64,000 nt of DNA from an uncultured Gammaproteobacteria bacterium (GTDB taxonomy: Bacteria > Pseudomonadota > Gammaproteobacteria > JAURND01): contig CAVQQD010000002.1 of the NCBI GenBank assembly GCA_963714975.1, positions 736,001-800,000 on the forward strand. The letters are read 5' to 3'. Both the position numbers and the translations under genes were made by a program. Each line of letters begins with the position of its first letter. The first letter of the stretch is position 1. Of the stretch, positions 12,408-23,414 are shown piece by piece. Under the pieces are notes generated by a model. That model was not told the origin of the DNA. It was given only the letters and a program-made list of their open reading frames with translations, and ran no database searches.

Positions 12408-13196
12408 ATGATCACTGGCGCTTTAAAAAAAATGACGACAGCTTTGCAAACTCCTGTCGCCTATTATTTATCCTTAAATCAAGAGTTGATATTACTTAAC
12501 TCTTACCTCAACCAGGAAATTCATCTTCGGTATTTAGGGGAAATTTATTGTATTCAGTGTGGGCGCAAAACGCCTAAAAGTTTTCAGCAAGGACATTGTT
12601 TTCCATGTTATCGGCGTTTGCTGGAATGTAATTTATGCGTCATTCATCCGGAAAAATGTCTTGGGTTGCTGACTCATTGTAATCAGCCCCATGTGGTTTA
12701 CTTGGCTAATTCTTCTGGACTTAAAGTAGGGATTACTCGTGAAGCTCACGTTCCTAGTCGTTGGATTGATCAAGGAGCGACACAAGGTTTAGTGATATTT
12801 AAAACTCAAAACCGCTATCAGGCGGGGGTTATAGAGCAGGTTTTGAAACAATATGTCGCAGATAAAACCAAGTGGCAGGTGATGTTGAAATCACATAACC
12901 AAGATTTATTGTTATCTGAAAAACGTGATGAAATTTGGGCGCAAGCCAAGCCTATCCTAGATAATACAGTCCAGCAGTTTCCTTTGGACATTGAAAGTGT
13001 AACCCATGCAGAAATGATCTCCATTCACTATCCGATTCTGGAATTTCCGCAAAAAATTACGACTTTTAATTTAGATAAGAACCCGCTAGTAGAAGGCCTA
13101 TTAAAAGGGATTAAAGGCCAATACCTAATCCTAGATACTGGTGTGATCTCCATCCGCAAGTTTGCTGGCTATGCTGTGGAGTGGCGTGCAGAATAA
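12408..13196 (+). CDS. DUF2797-like zinc-binding protein
   Basis: CxxCGRKT.KSF.QG.CFPC, HVVYLANSSGLKVGITR, RWIDQGA, GIKGQYL. Confidence 0.85.
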   Translation: MITGALKKMTTALQTPVAYYLSLNQELILLNSYLNQEIHLRYLGEIYCIQCGRKTPKSFQQGHCFPCYRRLLECNLCVIHPEKCLGLLTHCNQPHVVYLANSSGLKVGITREAHVPSRWIDQGATQGLVIFKTQNRYQAGVIEQVLKQYVADKTKWQVMLKSHNQDLLLSEKRDEIWAQAKPILDNTVQQFPLDIESVTHAEMISIHYPILEFPQKITTFNLDKNPLVEGLLKGIKGQYLILDTGVISIRKFAGYAVEWRAE

Positions 13197-13246
13197 CTCC
13201 GCGGTAACTTGAGCCTGGCGATCCCGGCCGTAGCATCAGGCGTAGT

Positions 13247-13311
13247 CATTTGACCGACGGGTGCTGCAGCGGCAGGACCCGTCCGGGGAGCAGGGCTGCA
13301 GCGGGAATTGC
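13247..13311 (-). repeat. Palindromic element family B
   Basis: Reverse complement of agcaattcccgctgcagccc..gacgggtcctgccgc..cacccgtcgg; matches 25190-25316 and 56847-56902. Confidence 0.85.
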
Positions 13312-13391
13312 TGACAGGTTGCCAGCGTGGTAGGCGAGGTGATAATCTTATATAAAAGTTAATGATACAATCCAATTATTGAGGAAAAATT

Positions 13392-13931
13392 ATGAGTTTC
13401 ACCAATATTACTGCTGGGCAAAATCCACCAGATGAAATCAATGCTGTGATTGAAATTCCAGCCAATAGTAGTCCCGTCAAATACGAAATGGACAAGAAAA
13501 TCGGGGTGCTTAATGTCGACCGCTTCTTGAGCACGGCAATGTTCTATCCTTGCAACTATGGATATATCCCCCAAACCCTATCTGAAGACGGCGACCCTTT
13601 AGACGTCCTCGTGATTACCCCGATCCCACTCATCCATTGGTCAGTGATCCGTTGCCGTCCAGTCGGAATGCTGAATATGACAGACGAAGCAGGGATAGAT
13701 GCCAAATTATTGGCAGTACCTATCGATAAACTAACTCCTGCTTATCGTCATATTAAAACTATCGAAGACGTACCGCGGGAAGAGCTAGCAAAAATTGCTC
13801 ATTTTTTTGAGAATTATAAAGCCCTAGAAGCTGGGAAATGGGTAAAAGTAGAAAATTGGCAGGGAATAAAAGAAGCCAAAAACGAGATTATGCAAAGTAT
13901 CGAGCGCTACAAGACACATTCTGGAGAGTAA
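13392..13931 (+). CDS. ppa: Inorganic pyrophosphatase
   Basis: DGDPLD, YPCNYG, FFENYK.LE.GKWVK. Confidence 0.97.
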   Translation: MSFTNITAGQNPPDEINAVIEIPANSSPVKYEMDKKIGVLNVDRFLSTAMFYPCNYGYIPQTLSEDGDPLDVLVITPIPLIHWSVIRCRPVGMLNMTDEAGIDAKLLAVPIDKLTPAYRHIKTIEDVPREELAKIAHFFENYKALEAGKWVKVENWQGIKEAKNEIMQSIERYKTHSGE

Positions 13932-13936
13932 GATTA

Positions 13937-16900
13937 ATGAGCCCCTTTATTTTTTCTGATGAATTGCTACCACTGACCCCGCTGCGCAAGGCGATTAATG
14001 CTGCTTATCACCAAGATGAGGCAGCTTGTTTAGAAGTCCTCCTTAAAGCGGCGGAGCTTCCAGAAATGCTCCTGGAGAAAATTAGACACGCAGCGGAACG
14101 GTTAGTGATTTCTGTTCGGGAGCAACGCTTAGGCAAAGGGGGGCTCGATGCTTTTTTATACCAATATGACCTTTCTACTGAAGAAGGCATAGCCCTAATG
14201 TGTTTGGCCGAGGCGACTCTGCGAGTTCCTGATCGCCGATACCATCGATCGATTAATTAAAGACAAAATTGCGACTGCCGATTGGGAGTCTCATCGTGGG
14301 AAAAGCGACTCTTATTTTGTCAATGCCGCAAGCTGGGCGCTAATGCTTACTGGCAAGATCTTGGCGCCGGAGCAAACCAGTGCAGGTTATTTTGGTCCAA
14401 TCCTCAAAAATTTCTTAAAAAAGGCCGGTGAGCCAGTCGTTCGTAAAGCAGTTGGACAGGCCATGCGCATTATGGGTAAGCAATTTGTCATGGGAATCGA
14501 TATTCAAGATGCCCTAGTACGTTCACGAAAAGAAGAAAAAGAGGGCTATCGTTTTTCCTATGATATGTTAGGCGAGGCAGCACGCACCCAAGAAGATGCC
14601 GATCGTTATTTTGAAGAATACCAAAAAGCCATTGCTGCCATTATAAAAGCAGAACGAGGCAAAGATGTGCTCCGCAGTGCTGGTATTTCTGTGAAACTTT
14701 CTGCGTTATATCCTCGCTACGAAGTAGCCCAGCGCCAATTTTGTCTTCCGGCATTAATTGATCGGTTGCGCGCTTTAGCTTTACAAGCTAAAGAGGGTAC
14801 TATTGGGTTAACGGTGGATGCCGAAGAAGCGGATCGTCTCGATTTATCCCTGGATATTATTGAAGTTGTGGCTCAAGATTCAGCCCTAAGTGGTTGGGAT
14901 GGCTTTGGTTTAGCAGTTCAGGCTTATCAAAAACGTGCCTTCTATGTGATCGATTGGTTAGCGGCTTTAGCCAGAAAAACCCAATGTCGAATCATGGTCC
15001 GGTTAGTGAAAGGCGCCTATTGGGATTACGAGATTAAAGACAGCCAAGTGAAAGGATTAGAGAATTATCCGGTTTTCACCCGCAAGGTCAATACCGATGT
15101 TTCTTATCTGGCTTGCGCCAAGAAATTAATCGAATATGGAGATATTTTTTATCCACAATTTGCTACCCATAATGCCTATACCGTAGCTGCAGTGCTGGCC
15201 ATGATGGGGGAGCGGCGTGATTTTGAATTTCAATGCTTAAGAGGCATGGGTCGTGCTTTGTATGATCAAGTAGTTTCTACCGATCAAAAATGCGATTGCT
15301 TGTCGCATCTATGCTCCCGTGGGCAAGCACGAAGATTTACTGCCTTATTTAGTCCGCCGCTTATTGGAAAATGGCGCGAACTCCTCGTTTGTGAATCGAA
15401 TTGTTGATGAAAAAACTCCAATTGCCGAGTTGGTCGAACATCCAGTGCAAAAAATACGCGGATTAGCCAGCAAAACCCACCCGCGCATTCCTTTGCCAAG
15501 TGCCCTTTATGGAGAAGAGCGTCGAAATTCCAGTGGTATAGATCTCTCAGATATGGAACAACTTACTGATCTTGCTCATGCCATGAATAAAACTCAAGGA
15601 ATGGCTTGGATAGCGGCGCCGACTATTGGCAAATCATTAGCCGACGTACAAGCCTCGAATACCCATCGTAAAGTGACGAGTCCCAATAATCGCAGCGAGG
15701 AAGTAGGGACAGTATTAATGTCGACTAAAGAAGATTTGGAACTGGCTTTAACCCGGGCCACCCAAGCGGCTGCAGATTGGGATCGAGTTTCGGTCGACAA
15801 AAGAGCGGCGTATTTGGAAAAGTTGGGAGAGTTGTTTGAGATTAATAAGGCGGAATTGATGGCCTTGTTGGTTCAGGAGGGAGGGAAAGCTATTCCCGAT
15901 GCGCAGGGTGAGGTACGTGAGGCGATTGATTATTGTCGTTATTATGCGCTAATGGCGCGGGAAACTTTAAGTCCTAAAAACCTACCAGGCCCCACTGGCG
16001 AAACTAACCAACTTTTCATGCATGGCCGTGGGGTTTTTTTATGTATTAGTCCTTGGAATTTCCCTTTAGCTATTTTTTCAGGCCAAGTACTCGCTGCTTT
16101 AGCGGCAGGAAATTGTGTAATTGCCAAACCTGCAGAACAAACGTCGTTAATTGCGGCGAAAGCAGTGGCTTTAATGCATGAAGCGGGTATCCCTTCTTCT
16201 GTAGTACAGCTGCTGCCAGGTAAGGGTTCTGTGATCGGAGCGGCAGCAGTAGCCGATGAACGAGTGCAAGGAGTAATGCTCACGGGTTCCACGGAAACGG
16301 CCCGCATGATTAATCAGAATTTAGCCCAACGTCACGGGCCGCTTGTGCCATTAATTGCTGAAACAGGTGGGCAAAATGCGATGATCGCAGATTCAACAGC
16401 TTTGCCGGAGCAGTTGGTGATGGATGTGGTGATGTCGGCCTTTAATAGTGCCGGCCAACGTTGTTCTGCTGTGCGAGTATTATATGTTCAAGATGAGGTG
16501 GCAGATCGCATTATCAAGATGTTAAAAGGAGCCATGGCGGAATTAAAAATGGGGTTGCCTGGTCTTTTAGCGACGGATGTCGGGCCGGTTATTGATGAAA
16601 ATTCTCGATCCTCGCTTGAGGCTCATGTGGCACGGATGGACCGGGAAGCTAAACTCATTTTTGCGGTCCCGTTGCCCAAAGAGGCAGAATATGGCTCTTA
16701 TTTCGCACCACGGGCTTATGAAATACCGCGGCTTAGCCTGTTAACCAATGAAGTATTTGGTCCGATTCTGCATGTAATTCGTTATAGTCAAAGCAATTTA
16801 GCTCAGGTGATTGCTGATATTAATGCCACTGGGTTTGGTTTAACTTTTGGAGTCCACAGTCGAATCAACAGTACGGTTGAATATATTACTAGCCGAATTC

Positions 16901-17100
16901 ATGCGGGTAATGCTTACGTCAATCGCAATATGATTGGAGCAGTAGTGGGAGTCCAACCTTTTGGCGGTGAGGGCTTATCGGGAACCGGCCCCAAGGCCGG
17001 AGGCCCGCATTACTTATTGCGCCTCTGTCATGAACGTACCTTATCAATCAATACCGCTGCCGCTGGCGGAAACGCCAGCCTAATGTCGATGGGCGACTAG
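13937..17100 (+). pseudogene. putA: Bifunctional proline dehydrogenase/P5C dehydrogenase in three pieces (frameshifts near 14234 and 15288)
   Basis: EG.ALMCLAEA.LRVPD, RLVKGAYWD, FATHN, YLVRRLLENGAN, AETGGQN, SAGQRCSA, PFGG spread over three frames. Confidence 0.92.
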
Positions 17101-17153
17101 GGGGGGGCCCCTCGGGCCGGCCGGGGCGGGGGGGGCGAGGTGGCTGAGCTGGG

Positions 17154-17229
17154 TGGCGCCCCGGGCAGGACTCGAACCTGCGACCTATCCCTTAGGAGGG
17201 GATCGCGCTATCCTCTGTGCCACCGGGGC
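17154..17229 (-). tRNA. tRNA-Arg(CCT)
   Basis: gccccgg..atccc-ct-CCT-aa-gggat..gttcgagtc..ccggggcgcca. Confidence 0.94.
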
Positions 17230-17307
17230 AAAGCATCGAAATGATATTTTATTTGACCTGGTAAGTAAATCATACCAAAATGCTGCAAGCAAAACATTAG
17301 GGCCAAT

Positions 17308-17392
17308 GCGAGAGTGGCGGAACTGGTAGACGCGCTGGATTTAGGTTCCAGTAGGGCAACCTGTGAGAGTTCGAGTCTCTCCTTTCGCACCA
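17308..17392 (+). tRNA. tRNA-Leu(TAG)
   Basis: gcgagagtggcggaactggtagacgcg ctgga-tt-TAG-gt-tccag..gttcgagtc..cca; typical position before tig. Confidence 0.96.
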
Positions 17393-17421
17393 TAATCAAT
17401 ACGAGGTAACAGAGGTAATTC

Positions 17422-18762
17422 ATGTCTGATGTAAGATTAGAGGTAACGTTAAAAGAAATTAAAGGTCTTGAGCGCAAGATGACGGTATCTGTGCCGGCTG
17501 AAGAGGTAGATAAGAAAGTGCATAAACGCTTACTGGAAATAGCCCCCAAGGTAAAACTGGCAGGCTTTAGACCAGGCAAGGTGCCAATGGCTCGTTTGCA
17601 ACAACTCTATGGTGAGTCGGTGCGTAATGAAGTGATCTCTGAGGTGATTCGGAAGAGCTATGAGGATGCTCTCTCGCAGGAAAAATTAGTCCCAGTCGGT
17701 CCTCCCAAAATGCAAATTATCACTAATGTTAATGGCAAGCCTTTAGAATATGAGGTGCTATTTGAAATCTTTCCCCCTATGGAATTCAAAGACTTAACTG
17801 GTGTTGAAGTGAAAAAACTTCAAGTGGAAATTGCCGACGAAGATGTCAATAAAATGGTTCAAAAGCTGCAGGAGCAGCAAGCAGAATGGCTGCCCAATAT
17901 CGAAGCTGCTAAATTAGGTGACCGTGTTAACATTGATTTTGAGGGTCAAGTGGATGGTGCCGCTTTTGAAGGGGGATCGGGTAAAAATGTCACCCTTATT
18001 TTAGGTAGTCATACGGCTATTCCAGGATTTGAAGAGGGTTTAGTGGGGCATAAGGCTGGTGAAGAAGTTCAACTTACCTTGGAGTTTCCTCAAACTTACC
18101 CTAATGAAGAATTGGCCGGTAAAACCACCCAAATTTCCGTGCAGGTGCATCAGGTAATGTCTCCCAAACTGGCCGAAGCTTCTGCATTACCAGCCAAACT
18201 GGGCATTGCCGATGGTGGAATCGAAAAATTAAAGCAAGAAGTACGTGACAACATGGAAAAAGACTTAGAACAAACCATAAAAAATCGGGTTAAAGAACAA
18301 ATAGTTGAGGCTATATTAGCTAGAAATCCTGTTGAACTGCCTAAAATACTGATAGCAGCCGAACTAGAAAACATCAAGAAGCAGACGGAGGAATTGAATT
18401 CTCAAGGTGCAGGAATCAAGATCACTCCCAAGCTGGAACAGCAATGGCTAGAGACAGCTCGAAGACGGGTGGGTTTAAGCTTAATTTTTCGAGAATTTAT
18501 TACTTTCCATCAGATGAGAGCTAATCCTACCCGAGTACAGACTCTGCTGCGTCAAATGGCTGCCCCTTATAAAGACCCAGAAAGTGTCATCCAATGGTAT
18601 CGCAGCAATCCAGAGCAACTGGCTATGATTGAGGCTCTTGCTTTAGAAGAACAAATCATCGAGCAATTGATGAAGCAAGTTACTATCGTCCCAGAAGCAA
18701 TAAAATACCCGGATTTATTAAGTAAAAACAAAACTCAACCACAGGATGAACCAATGCTATGA
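17422..18762 (+). CDS. tig: Trigger factor
   Basis: GFRPGKVP signature, FKBP domain (IPGFEEGL). Confidence 0.97.
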   Translation: MSDVRLEVTLKEIKGLERKMTVSVPAEEVDKKVHKRLLEIAPKVKLAGFRPGKVPMARLQQLYGESVRNEVISEVIRKSYEDALSQEKLVPVGPPKMQIITNVNGKPLEYEVLFEIFPPMEFKDLTGVEVKKLQVEIADEDVNKMVQKLQEQQAEWLPNIEAAKLGDRVNIDFEGQVDGAAFEGGSGKNVTLILGSHTAIPGFEEGLVGHKAGEEVQLTLEFPQTYPNEELAGKTTQISVQVHQVMSPKLAEASALPAKLGIADGGIEKLKQEVRDNMEKDLEQTIKNRVKEQIVEAILARNPVELPKILIAAELENIKKQTEELNSQGAGIKITPKLEQQWLETARRRVGLSLIFREFITFHQMRANPTRVQTLLRQMAAPYKDPESVIQWYRSNPEQLAMIEALALEEQIIEQLMKQVTIVPEAIKYPDLLSKNKTQPQDEPML

Positions 18763-19382
18763 TAAATACCCAACGTAATAGTGCCCTGACGACACACGCT
18801 CAATTAGTTCCCATGGTCGTTGAACAAACAGCTCGAGGGGAGCGGGCCTACGATATTTATTCGCGTTTATTGAAGGATCGAGTGGTATTTTTAGTAGGAG
18901 AAATTGAGCCCCACATGGCTAATTTAATTGTGGCGCAATTCCTTTTTCTAGAAGCAGAGAATCCTGACAAGGATATTTCGCTGTATATTAATTCCCCAGG
19001 AGGTTCGGTAAGCGCCGCCTTGTCTATTTATGACACCATGCAATTTATTAAGCCGGATGTCAGTACCTTGTGTATTGGACAAGCCGCTAGTGCAGGCGCC
19101 TTGCTATTAGCTTCTGGGGCGGCTAAGAAGCGCTTTTGCTTGCCTCATGCTACGGTGATGATTCATCAGGTATTGGGTGGTTTTCAGGGGCAAGCTGCTG
19201 ATATCGAGATCCAGGCTCGAGAAACCCTAAGGATTGGCTCCTTGGTTAATGAAATATTATCTAAGCATACCGGCAAAACCCTGCCAGAGCTTAAGCAGGA
19301 CACCGACCGGGATTATTTCTTACCTGCACAGGAGGCTGTGGCCTATGGATTGGTTGATGAGGTGATTGAACGGCGGAAATAG
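18759..19382 (+). CDS. clpP: ATP-dependent Clp protease proteolytic subunit
   Basis: [18 protein letters not shown]. Confidence 0.97.
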   Translation: MINTQRNSALTTHAQLVPMVVEQTARGERAYDIYSRLLKDRVVFLVGEIEPHMANLIVAQFLFLEAENPDKDISLYINSPGGSVSAALSIYDTMQFIKPDVSTLCIGQAASAGALLLASGAAKKRFCLPHATVMIHQVLGGFQGQAADIEIQARETLRIGSLVNEILSKHTGKTLPELKQDTDRDYFLPAQEAVAYGLVDEVIERRK

Positions 19383-19524
19383 GGACTGTTTACAATTCGC
19401 TAGGCTGAGCTGTAGGTTGCTGATTTTTTGCGATCCGTTGCTCACATACTGGCGTGTATGCTGCGCTACGGTTCTCAAAAATCATCAACCTACAGCTCAG
19501 CCTAGCGAATTGTAAACAGTCCCT
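19381..19524. mobile_element. 144-bp palindromic MITE/RPE-like element
   Basis: 39-bp perfect IRs 19381-19419 / 19486-19524 with an inner imperfect stem; overlaps the clpP stop codon. Confidence 0.88.
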
Positions 19525-19551
19525 TTTGATTGAATTATATGATTGAACTAG

Positions 19552-19579
19552 TTGAAATATCAAACAAGGCCCCCCATGT
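19552..19579 (+). promoter_or_regulatory. Sigma32 (RpoH) promoter for clpX-lon
   Basis: TTGAAA-N14-CCCCATGT. Confidence 0.75.
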
Positions 19580-19615
19580 ACTATACTTTGACTGTAGATC
19601 TATTAGGTGAGAATT

Positions 19616-20875
19616 ATGGCAGATAAAGAGAAGCTTCCTTGTTGCTCTTTTTGTGGAAAATCCAAAAAAGAGGTACAGAAGCTAATTTCAGGTCCTTCCG
19701 TATTTGTATGTAACGAGTGTGTCAAGCTCTGTACAGACATCATTCGCGAAGAAGAACAAGCTGCGGCAGCGGCGGTTGCTCCTGATCCTCAAGAGAAACT
19801 GGTTACCCCCATCGAAATAAAAAACTTCCTTGATGAGTACATTATTGGCCAGGGGGCTGCTAAAAAAGCCCTTGCGGTAGCCGTGTACAACCATTACAAA
19901 CGTCTTTATAGCCGGGTTGCGAGTGAGGATGTGGAGTTAGGAAAAAGTAATATTTTACTTATTGGGCCCACCGGGAGTGGTAAAACTTTGTTAGCTGAAA
20001 CCTTAGCTAGATTGCTTAATGTTCCTTTTGCCATTGCGGATGCCACTACTTTAACTGAAGCAGGCTATGTGGGTGAAGATGTTGAAAATATTCTTCATAA
20101 ATTATTGCAAAATTGCGAATACAAAGTTGACAAAGCCCAAGCTGGGATTATTTATATTGATGAAATTGATAAAATTGCTCGTAAATCAGAGAATCCTTCG
20201 ATCACTCGCGATGTTTCAGGTGAGGGAGTGCAGCAGGCCCTACTAAAATTGGTGGAAGGGACTATTGCTTCGATTCCTCCGCATGGTGGGCGAAAACATC
20301 CGCAGCAAGAATTTTTACAAATTAATACCAAAAACATTTTATTTATTTGTGGAGGAGCTTTTTCTGATTTGGATCGGATTATTCGTGCTCGGACTGAAAA
20401 AGGTGGTATTGGTTTTTCAGCCGAAGTGCATAGTAAGGAAAATAAACGAGTTGTAAGCGAAACATTACAATTAGTTGAACCTGAAGATCTGATCAAATAT
20501 GGTTTAATTCCAGAGTTTGTTGGGCGCTTGCCAGTGCTTGCTACTTTGGATGATTTAGATGTTGATCATTTAGTGCGTATCCTGACTGAGCCACGCAATG
20601 CCTTAACTAAGCAGTATGCAAAACTATTTCAAATGGAAAATGTCGAATTAGAATTTTCTGAGTCTTCCCTGCGTGCTGTAGCTAAAAAAGCCATGGATAG
20701 AAAAGCAGGCGCGAGGGGTCTGCGTTCTATTTTAGAACATGTTTTATTAGAAGTGATGTATAGTTTGCCCTCAATGGAAAATGTGGCAAAAGTAGTAATT
20801 GATGAATCGGTTATTTTAGGGGAATCAGAGCCCTTATTGCTTTACAGGCAAGATACACCCCCGCAAGCCGCGTGA
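19616..20875 (+). CDS. clpX: ClpX ATPase
   Basis: CSFCGK zinc finger, [21 protein letters not shown] loop. Confidence 0.98.
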   Translation: MADKEKLPCCSFCGKSKKEVQKLISGPSVFVCNECVKLCTDIIREEEQAAAAAVAPDPQEKLVTPIEIKNFLDEYIIGQGAAKKALAVAVYNHYKRLYSRVASEDVELGKSNILLIGPTGSGKTLLAETLARLLNVPFAIADATTLTEAGYVGEDVENILHKLLQNCEYKVDKAQAGIIYIDEIDKIARKSENPSITRDVSGEGVQQALLKLVEGTIASIPPHGGRKHPQQEFLQINTKNILFICGGAFSDLDRIIRARTEKGGIGFSAEVHSKENKRVVSETLQLVEPEDLIKYGLIPEFVGRLPVLATLDDLDVDHLVRILTEPRNALTKQYAKLFQMENVELEFSESSLRAVAKKAMDRKAGARGLRSILEHVLLEVMYSLPSMENVAKVVIDESVILGESEPLLLYRQDTPPQAA

Positions 20876-20916
20876 ATTATTTAGACTGCGCTCGTGGAAT
20901 GAATCCACGGGCTTGC

Positions 20917-20948
20917 CCAAGGGGGAGAATGGCATCTCTCCCCCTTGG
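20917..20948. terminator. GC-rich hairpin between clpX and lon
   Basis: ccaagggggaga-atggcatc-tctcccccttgg. Confidence 0.5.
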
Positions 20949-20990
20949 TAATCCCCATTGCTTTGTCCATGGATAAGTGAGTAGACAATT

Positions 20991-23414
20991 ATGGCTAGTT
21001 CAGAACTGGATACCGATAAAATAATTGAAATCCCGGTATTACCACTGCGGGATGTGGTGGTATACCCTCACATGGTTATTCCCTTGTTTGTGGGTCGGCA
21101 AAAATCGATCAAAGCCCTCAAAGTTGCGATGGAGCACACCAAGCAGGTATTTTTAGTAGCACAAAAAAATGCTTCTTTGGAGGTTCCAGAAAGTAAAGAT
21201 TTTTATACGGCAGGGACCATTGCAACCATCATGCAATTATTGGAATTACCTGATGGAACAATCAAAGTATTGGTGGAGGGGAATAGTCGGGGTAGCGCCC
21301 AAGAATATACCATGACTGAAGATTTTTTCATGGCAGTTGTTGAATCCACTGCAGATGAGCCAATCACTCGATCAGCAGAAGTTGAAGTAGTTGCGCGCAC
21401 TTTATTTAATCAGTTTGATCAATATATAAAACTCAATAAAAAAATTCCAGCAGAAATTTTATCTACCCTTGCTGCTGTGGAAGATTTGGGGCGTTTAGCC
21501 GATACTGTTGCTGCTCACATGTCATTAAAGGTAGAAGATAAGCAAAAAATCTTAGAGCAAACTAAGATTAAGCAACGTTTGGCAATAGTTTTAGAACTGC
21601 TAGGCAAGGAAATTGAGCTCTTGCAGATAGAGAGGAAAATTCAGTCCCGAGTCAAGAAACGGATGGAAAAGGGCCAACGTGATTATTATCTCAACGAAAA
21701 GCTTAAGGCGATCCAAGATGAATTGGGTGAAGAAAGCGGAGACGAGAAATTAAAGGAAAAAATTGCAAAAGCAGGAATGACTCCTGAAGCTAAAGAAAAA
21801 GCCATAGCAGAACTCAATAAATTAAAGATGATGCCTGCCATGTCCGCAGAAGCAACCGTGTCGCGTAATTATTTAGATTGGTTGTTGGCAATGCCTTGGA
21901 AAAATCAAACTAAAGTCAGTCACGATTTGCGCAGGGCTCAAGAAATTTTGGATAAAGAACATTATGGCTTAGAAAAAGTCAAAGAACGCATTATTGAATT
22001 TTTAGCGGTACAAACCCGAGTGAAAAAAGTCAAAGGACCTATCTTGTGTTTAGTCGGGCCTCCTGGAGTTGGAAAAACCTCTTTAGGACAATCGATTGCT
22101 AACGCTACGGGTCGAGAATTTATTCGCATGTCTTTAGGCGGAGTGCGGGATGAAGCAGAAATTCGTGGTCATCGACGTACTTATATTGGCTCCATGCCGG
22201 GGCGCGTAATTCAAAAATTAGCCAAGACGAAAGTACGTAATCCATTATTTATGTTGGATGAAGTCGATAAAATGGCCATGGATTTTCGGGGGGATCCTGC
22301 TGCTGCTTTACTAGAGGTGCTCGACCCAGAACAAAACCATTCCTTTAATGATCACTATCTTGATCTCGATTATGATTTATCGCATGTGATGTTTATAGCC
22401 ACAGCAAATTCATTGGACATTCCAGATCCGTTGCTCGATCGTATGGAAGTGATCAGAATCCCCGGTTATACGGAAGATGAAAAGTTAAACATAGCTTTGC
22501 AATATTTGCTGTCTAAGCAAATTAAAGACAGCGGGTTAAAACCATCAGAAATTAAAGTCACTTCTGGTGCTATACGTGACATAATTCGTTATTATACTCG
22601 GGAAGCCGGGGTACGTAGCCTTGAGCGCGAAATTTCGAAGATTTGTCGCAAAGTTGTGAAAGAAGTACTGTTGAGAAAGGGTAAAAAGGCGCGATTACAG
22701 GTCACTTCACGTAACTTAGAGCATTATTTAGGGATCAAAAAGTTTCGTTTTGGCGTTGCTGATGAACGTGATGAAATAGGGCAGGTGACTGGCCTAGCAT
22801 GGACTGAGGTCGGCGGCGAATTACTTAAAATAGAAGCCTCTGTTGTTCCTGGAAAGGGCAAATCTACTTATACCGGCCGATTGGGAGATGTTATGCAAGA
22901 ATCAATCCAAGCGGCGGTTACCGTAGTGCGTAGTCGCTGCCGCATTTTAGGCATTCCAGAAGATTTTTATCAAAATAAAGATATTCATATTCATGTCCCC
23001 GAGGGAGCAACTCCCAAAGATGGCCCCAGCGCCGGGATTGGGATGTGCACGGCCTTGGTATCAGCATTAACGGGCATTCCAGTAAAAGCCAATGTGGCTA
23101 TGACCGGAGAAATAACTTTGCGTGGTGAGGTATTACCGATTGGCGGGCTGAAGGAAAAATTATTGGCGGCATTGCGTGGAGGCATTCAGAGTGTCATTAT
23201 TCCGACAGAAAATATGAAAGATATGAAAGAGATGCCAGCCAATATTATCGAGCATCTTGAAATCCATCCGGTTCGCTGGATAGATCAAGTATTAGGAGTT
23301 GCCTTACAACGTATGCCAGAACCTCTTACGGATGAAACTTTATCGAAAGAAGCAATAGTTATTAGTGGCATCCATAGTAAATCTAAAAGAAAATCCGAAA
23401 GTGCAAGACATTGA
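20991..23414 (+). CDS. lon: Lon protease
   Basis: GPPGVGKT, PKDGPSAG, IGGLKEK. Confidence 0.98.
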   Translation: MASSELDTDKIIEIPVLPLRDVVVYPHMVIPLFVGRQKSIKALKVAMEHTKQVFLVAQKNASLEVPESKDFYTAGTIATIMQLLELPDGTIKVLVEGNSRGSAQEYTMTEDFFMAVVESTADEPITRSAEVEVVARTLFNQFDQYIKLNKKIPAEILSTLAAVEDLGRLADTVAAHMSLKVEDKQKILEQTKIKQRLAIVLELLGKEIELLQIERKIQSRVKKRMEKGQRDYYLNEKLKAIQDELGEESGDEKLKEKIAKAGMTPEAKEKAIAELNKLKMMPAMSAEATVSRNYLDWLLAMPWKNQTKVSHDLRRAQEILDKEHYGLEKVKERIIEFLAVQTRVKKVKGPILCLVGPPGVGKTSLGQSIANATGREFIRMSLGGVRDEAEIRGHRRTYIGSMPGRVIQKLAKTKVRNPLFMLDEVDKMAMDFRGDPAAALLEVLDPEQNHSFNDHYLDLDYDLSHVMFIATANSLDIPDPLLDRMEVIRIPGYTEDEKLNIALQYLLSKQIKDSGLKPSEIKVTSGAIRDIIRYYTREAGVRSLEREISKICRKVVKEVLLRKGKKARLQVTSRNLEHYLGIKKFRFGVADERDEIGQVTGLAWTEVGGELLKIEASVVPGKGKSTYTGRLGDVMQESIQAAVTVVRSRCRILGIPEDFYQNKDIHIHVPEGATPKDGPSAGIGMCTALVSALTGIPVKANVAMTGEITLRGEVLPIGGLKEKLLAALRGGIQSVIIPTENMKDMKEMPANIIEHLEIHPVRWIDQVLGVALQRMPEPLTDETLSKEAIVISGIHSKSKRKSESARH

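Noticed and set aside
17208-17579. 123-aa minus-strand ORF
   Set aside because: Antisense to tRNA-Leu(TAG) and tig
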